Under the pieces are notes generated by a model. That model searched no databases. It worked only from the letters and a program-made list of their open reading frames with translations, and was not told the origin of the DNA. Shown piece by piece: positions 48,381-61,270 of a stretch of 64,000 bases of DNA. Numbering within the stretch: position 1 is the first letter of the stretch; every line of letters starts with the position of its first letter. Both the position numbers and the translations under genes were made by a program. The DNA comes from Sminthopsis crassicaudata. Taxonomy: Eukaryota. The stretch is taken from assembly GCF_048593235.1 (NCBI RefSeq), contig NC_133618.1:476291294-476355293 (forward strand), written 5' to 3'.

Positions 48381-51300
48381 CTTGGAATTCCAGTGTCTCA
48401 TAGCATTTTACCCCTTTGATGGCACATCTCTTTCTACTTTGTATTATAACTGTTTGTGTCCATGTAAACTCTTTAAGGGAAAGGACAAAATACTAGTTGG
48501 AGTGGGGAAAAAAATTGACTCTGCCTTATTCTGTCCTCATGATTGCATCCCTATTATTGCAAAGGAGCTAAGGTAGGAAGGACAAAAAATTGTATCTTCC
48601 ATATGTCAGTGCAAACTGGCCCTTTCCCAATTATAAGAATCTATTCTTAGTTGAACTTAACAATATTTCTTTGACATGGTCAGATATGCTATTTTTCTTC
48701 AGCTCATAATTTAGCCATAAGGCTAGTGCTGTGAGCTATTAACCTGATCTTAGTCAACAGATAGAATCCAATACCTATCCTGGTTGTTATGGTATTCCAC
48801 TCCAGTGAAAGAGACATCTCTTTGAGGAAGAGGGAGTAAAAATTCTTCTTCCTCTCAGTTTAATATTTCCCTGTGCTCACACCAACTTTTCATTCCGGGA
48901 TTTTGAGACCCTCATCCTATTAAAGTCAAACCTTTCCCCTGAACTTACTAGATTTCACTGAACTCCAATCATAAGATTTGCCATAATGGAGGAATATAGG
49001 AACCCCCAATAAGAATAAGCAGACATGTTCAGGTAAAGTATGCAGCTTACTCTTGGTAAAGACAAAATAGAGGTGATAAAATAATCCATATTAAAACATC
49101 TATCATATGGCCATGTACCCTACTCAAAACTTCTCTAGAGTTGACATTAGTCAATTTAAATCAGAAGTTCTAGGAAAAACTTATTTCAGTTACTCTTTCT
49201 TTTTTCACTACTCCCACAACCACTTTTTCCAGTGAGTGAACAAAAGAGTGCAGATGGCTCCTTAGTTCCCAGCCATTCAGAAAACAAGCCTGTAGATGAA
49301 GACTCAAGATTCCTGGGCCCAGAACTTGTCTTCTTCATCGTCTTGTGGTACGGGTATGCATTTAGAACCTGGTGTTTATACATTTGATGACCTTTCACAG
49401 TGAGGGACCTTTCTTGTATCTTGATAGTGCATCCTTCACTATTCATGGAATAGAGGCAACAGATCCAATAGCAGGCCCTTGAGAAGAAAGACTATCATAA
49501 TTCCACTCAGGTGTCTTAATGAACTTGAAGGCTTAGTTTACATTTGAAAAAAAAAAAGCATATCACATCTCTCTCAGTTTTGGAGTATTTAACCTTGTAT
49601 ATAACACTTCTTCCTTGATGCCTCTTTTTCCATTCTTGCTTCAATTCTTTCTTTTCATTCTTCCTCTCTCAATTCATATTGGGAGGATCAAACAAATTAT
49701 ATAATATAAAATATATAAACAAAGTGAGAGGGAGTTTTAAACAGTCTCATGCATGGTAGCAAAGTTTAGACTTAAATTCTAGTAAAAACAGTAGCTTACT
49801 CACTATATTTCCAACATGAAGATTATATTAGTCCTGTTTCAAAATGCTAACGTAAAATTTGAAGGATTTTAAAAATTGTTTTATTTTTAATGTAAACAAA
49901 AATCAATAACAAGCAGCCAACAAACATTTACTAAGTGCCTTCTATGTATGTGCCAGGCACTGTGTAGACATACTGTTCAGATAATTGACGGCTCATACTT
50001 CCTTCAAACAGAGGAGAGTTGGGTTTTGTTAAGAGAAGAATTAAACATTTTCTGACTCAGCAAAGTATTCAAAGATACATAACTGAAGAAAGGAGTATTT
50101 CTCTCTCTTCATTGTTTGTATTTTCCATTTCCATTTCCATGTAGTTAGATGATGATTCAAATTCAACTTCCAAGTGCTGTTCAGAACTTGGAATTAAAAC
50201 AAAGGCATTATTTAAGTTTCCTTTCTGGGCTGAAGTGTTTGGAAGACCTGATCTTCCAAGGAAAGTAAGAACCTAAAATGTTCCAGGTACTCTATTTGGG
50301 TTGGATTAGAAATACAATCAAAAAAGACACTTCCTACTTTCGTTCTAATGAGCCAAGTAAACACATAAGAAGGAGCTAGAAAATGGGGATTAGAGGAGGA
50401 TTTTGCATGAGATGGAAAAGTCCAAAGGAGAGCCAGGTTTGGACAAGCCTGGACACGATCAGAAACTGTACCCTCCTGGTCAAGGAGAGAAGCTACAGAG
50501 CACAGAGAATCTCATTGTTGAACAGGAATTTCCTCTTTGGAAAGATTGTTTGGGCTGCAACATTCTCTAAGATCCATTTTGCCTCTTATTCTCTGATTCT
50601 GTCGCTCTATTGAGGATGTTACAGAAATATTTACTACCCAAATGAGCGAGTGAATGAACGAATGAATGCATAAGTGCATAAGTAAGTGATGAAACTCTGA
50701 GTTCCAGGCCTATTTCTATTTGGTCTGGGGGAAGGCACTCGTGGATGAGAGAGAATATGAGCCAACATTAGTAATGACATCAAAAGTGAAACCATCCCAG
50801 AATGATGAAAGCAAAAACTGTCAGGCAGGGCCCCTGGCACCAAAATCAGGAACATGCTGCTTCTTAGTACTTTTCTGAGAACTCTAAGCTGGGCCCTTAG
50901 GAAAATATTGGATTTCAAAGGCAGTACTTTCCTCCCCTTAGCAAGTTTTAAATAGGATTCTACTATATCTGTATATCTCTGAATGAACGTGGCTGGAGAC
51001 CTTCTATGTAGAAGGAAGTTGTCACATTAAAGAATAAAATAAATTCCCTGATAGTGAATTTGCCACAGGAAAAAAAAAATTGTCTTTCTGCCTTGGATTT
51101 GGAGAGAATCTTTCCTTCAAAGAATTCAACCATCTCTCTCCCTCTAATCTACCCGGTCTAAGGGGAATTGCCCTGAAAAAGGCAGTAAGAACCATTGGTT
51201 TTATTCCGGCTCTGACAACTAATTCACTGTGTTGTATTAAAGAAATCTCTTTGGGCCCCATATGCAAAAGAGAGAGACTCATACCTGCTTTATATACTTT

Positions 51301-51834
51301 AGAAGATTATTGAAGGACTTCGATAAGATGGCTATCACAATGCAGCCTGAAGGGGAATCAGGATTCTAAAATAAAATTCAACATGAGAAAAAGTGGCATT
51401 TTTTCCTCTGTGCCATTTATGTCACCTGAGAGAAAAGCCCAAGTTTTTGTTCATTGCTCTGGTGCAGGGGATAAAGGGGGAGAGTGGCCCTGCCAGGGGA
51501 GAGCATGAAGTGTCTGGTCCAGTTCTTCAAATCTATGATCCTAGAGATGTAGCTTGAATGGGAGAAATAGATTAATGAGGGGATAACAGACACAGATCAA
51601 GTCTCCCAAGGTAGCTGATAGAATCAGGCATCTCAAATCGGTAACCTTCGGTTGGTTTTTATAATGTACTCCTCAGGGATCTAAGAGGACCAGAAGTTGG
51701 GGCAAGAAAACAGTAGCCCCAGACCTGCTATGCAGATCAAAGTTTCAGGGTCTTGTGCTGCTCCAAGTTGGGCCTGATACATGGAGAATTGGTAATTAAT
51801 TGATATTTAAACTATTTAAACTTCCCCCTAACAA

Positions 51835-51966
51835 NNNNNNNNNNNNNNNNNNNNNNNNNNNNNNNNNNNNNNNNNNNNNNNNNNNNNNNNNNNNNNNNNN
51901 NNNNNNNNNNNNNNNNNNNNNNNNNNNNNNNNNNNNNNNNNNNNNNNNNNNNNNNNNNNNNNNNNN
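51835..51966. other. Assembly gap (132 N)
   Basis: Run of N. Confidence 1.
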
Positions 51967-51981
51967 CAGCGTGTTTTAGGG

Positions 51982-52305
51982 CAGGACTTTTAAAATTATT
52001 TCCACTTGCAATCCCTAATCACGAGAGAAATTTTTATGTGACCTTTCTCAAATCTGAGCCAAGGTGTTCCCAGCAGTGTTCATGTATGCACAGTGCAACA
52101 TGCACATGATGTGTGTTCAGAACCAAGGGTGCAGTGCAGTCATACAATGCAATATGGGTAAGGACTTCCAGAAAAACCTCACATTTGTTATGGGTTTGAT
52201 TTTGAATTAATTTTTGGTCATCTCATTCAGAAATCTTTTACTGTTGCCAAACTTTTTGCCACCCTCACATTCAGTTAAGCAACAACCACAGTTTAAACTG
52301 CTTTG
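51982..52305 (+). mobile_element. hAT (Charlie-like) non-autonomous element with perfect 8-bp TSD
   Basis: TSD ttttaggg at 51974-51981 and 52306-52313; degenerate termini caggacttttaaaat... / ...cacagtttaaactgctttg. Confidence 0.6.
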
Positions 52306-52939
52306 TTTTAGGGGGCATTTGTGCTGTAGCTTCTGCCTTTGGCAGGAAGGGGTGACTGCTAAAGTCCTTCCAGTAATGTACTTGGTGCTGTTGGTAGCTG
52401 CAATATCATTAGTAGCAGCACTACTAGAAGGTACCAATAACAGCAGTTAAATAGGGGCCTACTACCATTTCTTTTATTTAAAATGTGATGGGGGACTTGC
52501 ACAAATAAAGAATCCTTTACAAAGTATTTTAAACGATGCTGTTTACAAAAATCCATTCTTTCCTCTCTGCATTACTGGTCTATTGACTTCTTTCCCTTTT
52601 AATCAGATTCTGTTCATTGGTAACCATTACACTCTCAAAAACCACTAAATGAAGGAGGACCCAGGAGCCATATAATCTCCTCCCTTGATCCTTTTCTCTT
52701 CTCTAATTCCATTCTTCCATCTCACATTCTCTTGATGAAGACTTACAATGATTCTATGGCAATGCCTTAATATTCTCTTATTTGGGTCTGGTGGTTTAGA
52801 CATGAGTCTGAACCTCAGTTCTGCCACATAAATTGATCTTGGGCAAATCTCTTGAAGATGGGCCCTGATTTTCTTATGCACAATATGGGAAAGTCGGACT
52901 ACAGGACTTTCCTTGAAGCTTTAAGTCCTATGATCTAAA

Positions 52940-53530
52940 ACATGTTCCACAATGCATCACTCCCAGACCACCAATCTTCTAAATACCCTTTCTGCTTCCA
53001 ATCTCTGTGGCATACAAGTATTCTTTATTTATGGACCTCCTACTCTGCCACAAGAACCTCCTTCAGCAAGAACTAGAAATCTTTTGCCATTGAAGATTCA
53101 ACAACCTATTGTTCTCTGGCTCTTCTCTACTTCCAAACCCCAGGACATGAATGTCCCAGAAACTTAATTTTTCTTTCAAAAGCATTTTCCCATTTGAGGC
53201 AAGGTACACTTTATCTCATCTTCAAGTTTTAAAAATATTTCAGGATCTCTTTAACTTCTTTTCCTCTAAATTTTTCAAAGGTATCCTTTCCTCCTGTGGT
53301 TTCTCCATATAGGCTCTTTCCCTTGTATTCAGCATTCTATTACTCTCCTTTTCTCCCACATCCCATCTTTCTCAGTACTGGTTCCTTTTCATTGTCAGCT
53401 CCTTTCCAAGTTCTGAGCCTGCCTATTTGTTACCCCCGCTCTCCATCCACAAGTTCAGACTGGGGAGAGGAGACTGAAAGCTCCTTCCTCATGGATCTCC
53501 TCGACCCCTGCTCCCATCTTAATTAAAATT
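52940..53530 (+). mobile_element. L2 ORF2-region remnant
   Basis: Pyrimidine-rich L2 body (actgaaagctccttcctcatggatctcctcgacccctgctccc). Confidence 0.55.
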
Positions 53531-54368
53531 CAAATGTGAAAACATCCATCCAAAAGCATCTGGTTAATCATTCCCAGCTCTCCTTCTCTGGAATTAAACA
53601 TGTCTGCTATCTTTTAACCATCAGAGGCGATGGCCACTGTGTGATAGCCCCCAAATGATTTAAAACAAACCCCACAATGACAGGTTAGAATGGGTGATTT
53701 CTTCAAATGCTCAGCTTCAGAAAAATTTAGCAACCATCATCCCATCCCTCTACCCCTAGCGACTTCCCCATGCTGAATACAGCCATGCTAAGACAGCCAA
53801 ATTCATTTGATTGTTGTCTGTATTTCTATCCTAAATTCCCAATCTGCGGTCTCCATGCCTAAGCTGCTTCCTGACCGCCCACAGATCTCACCGCCTGTAC
53901 CATACATTGGGGCACCTGGTTATACTTGACCTAGTATTTGCTTCCATCCTGTCTTATATTCAAATGATTTCATGTGTGGAAATTTTCTAGCCTCCTCAAC
54001 TAGACTCTGGGAGTCATCCCCTCTGTCCCCCAGAGAGCTCTGCAGCAGGGCCTTTGGAATGACAAATGTACAAGTCCAAACCCCTTGGAGATCTCCAGGT
54101 GAAAGGTTCCATTCAAGGCCAAGGGCTTTCTAGTTTTCAGTTTGGAATTATAAATAGTGGATTATAAATGATCCCTGTCTAAACTTTGGAAAGAGCCAAG
54201 AGTCTATTTTTTTTTTTCCTGGAGCCTTCAGCTCTCAGGTTACCCAGCTGACTTTCTCTATCAGGGATCTTTGCCCACTCCCCACTCCCCCCAAACGATC
54301 TGAGTTTATTCTTATGCTGCTGCTATATACCCCCTTGTATAAATTTTAGTGGAAAATGCTGCAAAAAC

Positions 54369-54691
54369 NNNNNNNNNNNNNNNNNNNNNNNNNNNNNNNN
54401 NNNNNNNNNNNNNNNNNNNNNNNNNNNNNNNNNNNNNNNNNNNNNNNNNNNNNNNNNNNNNNNNNNNNNNNNNNNNNNNNNNNNNNNNNNNNNNNNNNNN
54501 NNNNNNNNNNNNNNNNNNNNNNNNNNNNNNNNNNNNNNNNNNNNNNNNNNNNNNNNNNNNNNNNNNNNNNNNNNNNNNNNNNNNNNNNNNNNNNNNNNNN
54601 NNNNNNNNNNNNNNNNNNNNNNNNNNNNNNNNNNNNNNNNNNNNNNNNNNNNNNNNNNNNNNNNNNNNNNNNNNNNNNNNNNNNNNNNNNN
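54369..54691. other. Assembly gap (323 N)
   Basis: Run of N. Confidence 1.
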
Positions 54692-54939
54692 TAACTAACC
54701 TGCATTTAAACTGTGTGGGCTCTGTTCCTGAGTCTCTGATCCCAGGAATGAGTTCTTCTTCTCTGGGGCTGGGTTTGGGATATAGGGATGAATGGGGGCA
54801 AATAGCCACTGCTGTAGACACCCCAGGAAAACCAGCTGGTTAGATCACCCCTCAGAGCTTGCAATAAGGATAGTGTTGGGACTTCTGTGCAGTTTCATAC
54901 ATTTTAATTATCCCTTAATATGCTGATCTTGTCTAATCA

Positions 54940-56720
54940 GTTAAACGAGTTTGTTTTTATTTGGCTGCCCAGGAAGCTTAAAAAACAGGATCTGGATTTA
55001 GGTTTGAGGCTGTGAGTTCTCCCACTTTCTCTGGTTTGCAAAAAGCTCATCAACACTGCTTTGGTGATTTGGAAATGCAAATTTAAAGTCTGTTTTGGAA
55101 CCGACCTTGCAGATAATCGAGCTGGAGGGTGATTTATATGATCGTTTGATGGCAGCCCAGCCCGGTAGGTAAAGTAAAAGCAGATGACATGAAAGAGCCG
55201 GAAGTGAGGGAGGGGAGAAGAAGTGATAGAGACAAGGAAAGCTGTCCACCCCACCCCATTCCACAAAGGCCTTCCTCTTGGTCCGTCTCTTTCCTCAAGC
55301 ACAGTTCTAAATGAAACTAACCTGTTAATGACACCTTTAAAACATTCATTTTTTTAAAAATCCCCTGCCAGCAGCTGTAATTTGTACCATTGCTGTGTGG
55401 AGTAATTAGCAACTTCTGCAGTGCTTCTGGGTGCCCTCCCACCCCTCCTGTTTGACACTGTTCCAGCCTAGGCGGGAAATGACCCAGGGATCCAGAGTCG
55501 CAGGACAAACGAACATGTCCTGTCACCAGAAATAACAGGGTCAGAAGACATGGCTAATGAAGTCATAGCAACTGGTGTAAAGAGCCAATCAGAGAAGGCG
55601 CCAATCTGAAAATGAGGATATAATTAGCAGAAAAAATAACATGCTTTGGTTGGATTCGAGGGGAGCCAGTAATGACTGGATATTGAGAAAGATTCCGAAA
55701 GATTAGAGCAAACATTATGCAACAAAGAATACCTAATTAGGGGGAAAAAGTGAATATGCCTTAATTAGAGGGAAACACATGATTGAAAGACACAGAGTTG
55801 TCTCTTAATATGAATATTGTAATGAATGTTAGCTCAAATTCCCCGGTTTGGCTTAGCAAAGCATTCTTCGAATTAATGGGACCCTGCCACTATTTGCAGT
55901 TGGCAGCTTCCACAATGAACCTCATAAATGCACTGGCATCCACAAGAAATATTGTCTCCACCAGGGTTCCAGTGCAGCAGGGACTTGGTGCCCACAGACC
56001 CTGGCAGGAGGGCAAGAGGCGTTTTCTGGGAGAGCCCCTCCTAAGCCATACTGGAGCACCAGGACCACTGGATAATTGTGCTTAAAATGCGGGAAATAGA
56101 TCCTGTAAGTTGCCAAGTGTCAGCAGCCAGACACAGAATTCACCTTTTATTTCTCCCCCTCTTACTTCAACATGCAGTAAGATGGAAGATGGCGAAGGGG
56201 GGAGGGAATGGAGGAATGACCAATGGAATGATCTTCCTTGTCCTGCCCTGGCCTCTGAGCAAATCTCAGACTCCCTGTGAATTGTGGCGATGCAGCATCC
56301 GTGCAGTATTTATGACCACTGGGGATGAAAAATGGAATGGGCTCCCCCTTATTTTCCTACAATAGAAATTTCAGGACTCCAACCAGCTAATCATTTTTCA
56401 CCTTAATAGACATCTAAGTGATGTTTAATTTCCTTTTTTTTTCTTTTACAAAATTGTTCTGGGTATTGATTTTCATTTATTTTGCAGATGATATTTAATT
56501 GTCATCATTAGCAATCTATGTCACATTCCACTGTTTAAACAGACCCTGTCAATTTTAGAGCATATTTATAGATTAATTTAAAATGTGTATTTTAATTTAC
56601 GGCCGCATACCTTTGGTACATCGGTAACATTAAAATACTTATGGTACAGAATTTTTTAATTAAAACTATTCATCAAAGAGCGTCCAGGTAGTGCGCATCT
56701 CCTTGTTTGCAGTGGGGGTT
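54940..56720. promoter_or_regulatory. Repeat-free, CpG-retaining block with TF motifs; candidate enhancer or promoter
   Basis: About two dozen CpGs; ETS CCGGAAGTG (55198-55206); CCAAT at 55585 and 55601; AAGATGGCG near 56187; TAATTTACGGCC (56593-56604). Confidence 0.45.
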
Positions 56721-57679
56721 CTGGCAGCAAGAGCAAGCAAAATAATAGGTCAATTTAAAAAAATATCTAAAGATAGTGTTTCCAAAGATCTGATTGTCTA
56801 ACGAGCACTTGCCAGTATATTTCCCAAATTAGATATGTTTTTAGTTAGTTATGGATACCAAGGTGGCTAACATCAGAGCAAGTGAAATTCCCTTGCCAAG
56901 TGTTGTTGCTATTTCCCTCTAAGAGACATGATTCCTTGTCAGGGCCATGAAGTCTGGGAATAAGGCCTTAATGGGCAGTCTTTTCCTGTTATGGAATACT
57001 CTAAGGCAACTAGTTGGTGCAATGGATATGACCTGGCTGTGAAGTCAAGAAGGCAAGAATTCAAGTCTGACCTTTACTGTATGAACCTGGGCAAATCATT
57101 TAATTTCTGTCAGTACCAGTTTCCTTATCTGTCATATAGCTTCTTAGTATTGTGGTAAAAATAAAATACTACTCCTAACATACTTTACAACCTTAAAGTA
57201 CTACATGCCTGCTAACTATTGTAATTATTATAGAATAGGATTCTTTCTGTAACCTAGATGATTCAAGCCTTTCTTTGTGTCCAGATTTAATTGATCCTAA
57301 ATTCTTGATTTTTGGCTTTATGTTGAAATTACACTCAACATTGATTTTGATGCCCTGATGTATAAATAGTAGGATGGGAAATCTTAAGAGTAGTCCAAAG
57401 TACACCTTTCCTTAGGAACAATGGTGACCAAGTTTATCTAAACTCTTACTCTGTGGATGTAACTTCTATTCTTTAACCCTATGAACACAGATTACAGATG
57501 CACTCTCCTTTTCTCTAAGTTGCCTGGAAATTATCTAAAAATATCAGGGCATTTGTCTGGTGCCTTTAGGTAATTCATTTTCTTGAGCTGCTGATGCAAA
57601 TGAAACAGCTTTGGAAATTTCAGTGGAGCCTCAATAATCCACCAGTCTGCAAAAAAGGAAACAGCCAAGAGAGTCAAAC

Positions 57680-57680
<1 letters not shown>

Positions 57681-57713
<33 letters not shown>
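57681..57713. repeat. Poly(A) run (33 nt)
   Basis: Homopolymer with no recognisable SINE/LINE body upstream. Confidence 0.95.
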
Positions 57714-57716
<3 letters not shown>

Positions 57717-58859
57717 CCCAAAGGCTTCACCGCTTGGTCCTCGTAGAAATCTTGCAACCTGGAAACAACTAACTGCTTCTGGGGAATCTGAGAGCAGGAA
57801 CAGATAATTATTTTATTTAAACCCATTTTTTTTTTCATATATTCATGTAGGGTCATATGATCAGAGGAATAAAAACTAGAATGATCATTATCAAGCTCTT
57901 TAGATTTTTGTATCCAACTCAAGAATTTTAATTATTAGGCACATTAATATTAAAACCAAATATTTCTAATTTTTTAATGTATTGAGAGACACTCTCATGT
58001 AGTGAAAGGAACAGAGATTAGGAATCAGATCTAGGTTCAGTTCCTAGTCATGCATCAAGTACATGACTATAGAAAAAGTCCCACCACTTTTTTGAGCCTC
58101 AATTTCTTAATCTGTAAAATCAGGATAATGCTATTTATATTAAGTGCTTTATGATTATAAAGTTCTTGTTCACTTATCTCCTTTGATCTACATAGAAATG
58201 CAATGCAAGCAATTACAATTGATTTGGGGGTCAGATGTTAGGATTACAATGATAATTAACAATAGTATAAAGCTTTCTTGTATATACTATCCCATTGGGA
58301 CCACATGACAACGCCCTGAGAAAAGTGCTGTAGGAATCATTATTCCCATTTTGCAGGTGGCAAAGCTGAAACATAGAAAGGCTAAACATCTTATCAATAA
58401 GAGTCAGAAACAAGATGTGACACTAAGTCATGCTGACTCCAAGACCAACTCCCTATCACCCATGATGCATCCCTTATGTAACAATATGTTTAACATCCTT
58501 CTATCATCAGACTTACCATTGAGTGGCACTTTGAGGGTGACCTGCTGCTGGCTCCCATCTCCTGTTCTCATAAAGCTCCAGCTCCCCCACTGGCCATTGG
58601 TGACCAAGGCTTGAGTGGAATGTGGGAAAGTGTCTTCCCATAAAACCCATCATTAATTTGCTGATTTATTTTTCTTAAGTGGGCTTTTATCAGAATGCCC
58701 CTTGTGACAGGCCAGGGGCAAAGGCATCTAATAATGGGGATGGATAATGGAGCAGGCTCAGACCGGAGTTTGGCCCAGATCTTCCTCCTCTCCCTACCCC
58801 AGCTCTGAGTGCTAAATGAATCAGTCCACTTGAGCAGGAGGTGAAAGAGCTACAAGGTC

Positions 58860-59080
58860 TCCATCAGAGCAACGTAGGGCTGTGATTCCATAAAATGCGC
58901 GGTAATCCTTTATTGACTAATGAACATGCTGCTGCCTCTGACTGCTATATTTTACTGTCGCAGGCTGCACCCGCCTGGCAATTAGATTGCGAGTATTTGC
59001 TAAAGATGTGTCTGTCTCTTCCTCTGAACTTGAAATAGGTTCAGAGAGGGAAGCTCCAGAGAAAGCAGGTTACGTACCTT
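58860..59080. promoter_or_regulatory. Candidate conserved non-coding element
   Basis: 7 CpGs in about 210 bp of unique sequence with TAAT/TTTAT homeodomain-type cores. Confidence 0.35.
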
Positions 59081-60090
59081 TCCCAAGTCTTCTGGGGAAA
59101 TAAGCCATGCACAGATAATAACAGTGCAAACAAGTTGATGTTGCTATTTTTAAATAAGCTGTTATTATTGACTAACGGAGGTGGCTTTAGGTAGGATGAC
59201 AAAAGCTGTGGAGCAAGAGAATTGCTACTAAACCTTCCTTGAGAGAACTTTTTAATGAGAAACACCTAAATGCAGAGGTAAAGAGTTGCCTGAAATTCTT
59301 TGTGCTATATCTCATTTGACAGAATTATCCAGAGTTTCTCTGGTGTGGCCACATGCTCCTGGCACTCACCAAAAGTATTTCTCTATCAATGAGGTGGGAG
59401 AGCAAAGGGTCAAGGAAGATCAGGAAAAAGGAATCTGAAGGGCAGAAACAAGTGGCCTTTTTTGCTATTGGTGGCTGATTTCTTGTCATGCAGGGGAAAG
59501 GGAGGTCATGAATTCAGGAAGGCTGGGAAGACCCAAGAGAACTAAACTACAAAAAGAAATCTAAATAATAAACAAGATTTTAATAAGAATAATGTTTTAT
59601 CTTTATCCTGATAAATCAGGAACCTTGCTCAAACCCCAAAGTCTTAACTGTGCAAAAAAAAAAAAAAAAAAAAAAAAAAAGAAAAAGAAAAAAAGAAAAG
59701 AAATATCATGTACAATAAGATGTGTCATATGTGTGTATATGTGTGTGTATGTTCTTTTAATTTAATAGTTCCTGAATTGATAAGATGAGCCCAATGCAGC
59801 TGTAACTAGACACTTCAGACAAATTCAGTTAAATATATGTATGCATGGCAGTTGTAGTGGAGTCTGGGAAGGGAGACAGGTGAGAGGAAGCCTATAGGGA
59901 GTATGTAGAATACTCCCAACAAGGAAAAGACAGTGGCCTATCCATCAAAACTTTTAGCCTTTGCCCCAAAGTAGAGTGGGATTATAGGAAAGATAATTGC
60001 AAGGAGAGCTCATTCTTAAGTATAAGATTCTTGGCATGGTAGCCCAGGCGTCACACTGTGTGATGGCAGGGGAAAGTACAGGATCACAAG

Positions 60091-60168
60091 GTAGGCCTGG
60101 GGCAACAGTTGCCATGGAAAGGAAGAGCAGTAGGCCTGGGGCAACAGTTGCCATGGAAAGGAAGAGCA
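60091..60168. repeat. Perfect 39-bp tandem duplication
   Basis: gtaggcctggggcaacagttgccatggaaaggaagagca twice (60091-60129, 60130-60168). Confidence 0.98.
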
Positions 60169-60599
60169 CTCATTTTAGGTTGGAGGCTTTAGGCAAAGGA
60201 CCATTTGCTCTGGATATGTCTTTGGAACAACATTATAGGCATTCTGGATTACAAGGAGTGAGATGTGCTGCAGAATCACATAATATTAGACCTAGAATAG
60301 CTAGCTCTCAGAAACTTATTTTTTTAATGTTCCCCTTTCAGGGCTGACATTCTATATGTCATGCTTATTCATTGGCTCAGTAATTGCTAACATTTACATA
60401 AGACTTAAAAATTAAGAAAAAATTTCATTTGATATTACTTTCTTTAAGCCTCTCAATAACCTACCTGGGTTCTACAGGTATCGTTTCTCCTTTTAAAGAA
60501 GAAAATGAATCTTAGAAAGGTTAAAGAACTTTTTCATTATCACACAGCTTGTTTTTTCCCAAAGAGTTTGTAGTAATAAAGAAATGGAATATTAATCAA

Positions 60600-61040
60600 T
60601 TGGGTTAAGACTGAACCACTGGTGGTACATGAGGGTGGATGAGGTAGAATCATTTTGTCCTATAAAAAACTTAAATGTAATGAAAGTAGAGAAGTATGGA
60701 AAGACATTCACTGATGGAAAATGAAGTAAGTAGAACCAAGAAAACAATAAACACAATAGTTATAGAAATGTAAATGGAGGGAAAGAACCACAACAAAGCA
60801 AACAAAATCAAATGCTGAGACATTATAACAAATTGTGACAAAAAAGGATAGATTTAAGAAGTTATCTCCCCCACTTTTTTTTTTTTTGCAGAACTGGAAT
60901 ACCGTGGGTGTGTAATACTGTATATAATATTAAATATTTTCTCTATATTAATTTTAGTGAATTGCTTTTCTTTCTTTTTTCCTTCATTATTATAATTTTT
61001 TTTTTCCTCTGAGAGGACATATATAGTATTGTAAGTGATA
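60600..61040 (+). mobile_element. Old marsupial L1 3' end
   Basis: gaagtatggaaagac...tgaagtaagtagaaccaagaaaacaat...gtgtgtaatactgtatata. Confidence 0.65.
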
Positions 61041-61059
61041 TAAGTGATATAAAATTAAA

Positions 61060-61270
61060 ATTTTTTTGTCTAGTCATTTCAGTCATGTCCAACTCTCTAT
61101 GACCCTATGCCTATGGAATTTCTGGTCCAGGTTACTAAAGTGATTCGTATTTCCTTCTCCAGCTCAATTTACAGATAAGGAAACTAAGGTTAAGTGACTT
61201 GTCCAAGGTCACACAGCTAGTAAGCATTTGAGATCATATTTGAAATTAAATCCTCCTAACTCCAGGCCCA
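61060..61270 (-). mobile_element. MAR1 SINE
   Basis: agtcatttcagtcatgtccaactctctatgacc...atttccttctccagctca...gtccaaggtcacacagctagtaag. Confidence 0.82.

Noticed and set aside
49186-49446. Minus-strand ORF with exon-like composition
   Set aside because: No consistent acceptor/donor pair, and none of the frames I translated resembles a known protein.
426-54843. Long ORFs in the track containing X runs (e.g. 7596-8099, 19832-20743, 54312-54843)
   Set aside because: They are open only because N-gaps contain no stop codons.
59997-60347. 116-aa ORF with repeated RPGATVAMERKS
   Set aside because: The repeat is just the 39-bp (13-codon) duplication staying in frame; no other coding signal.
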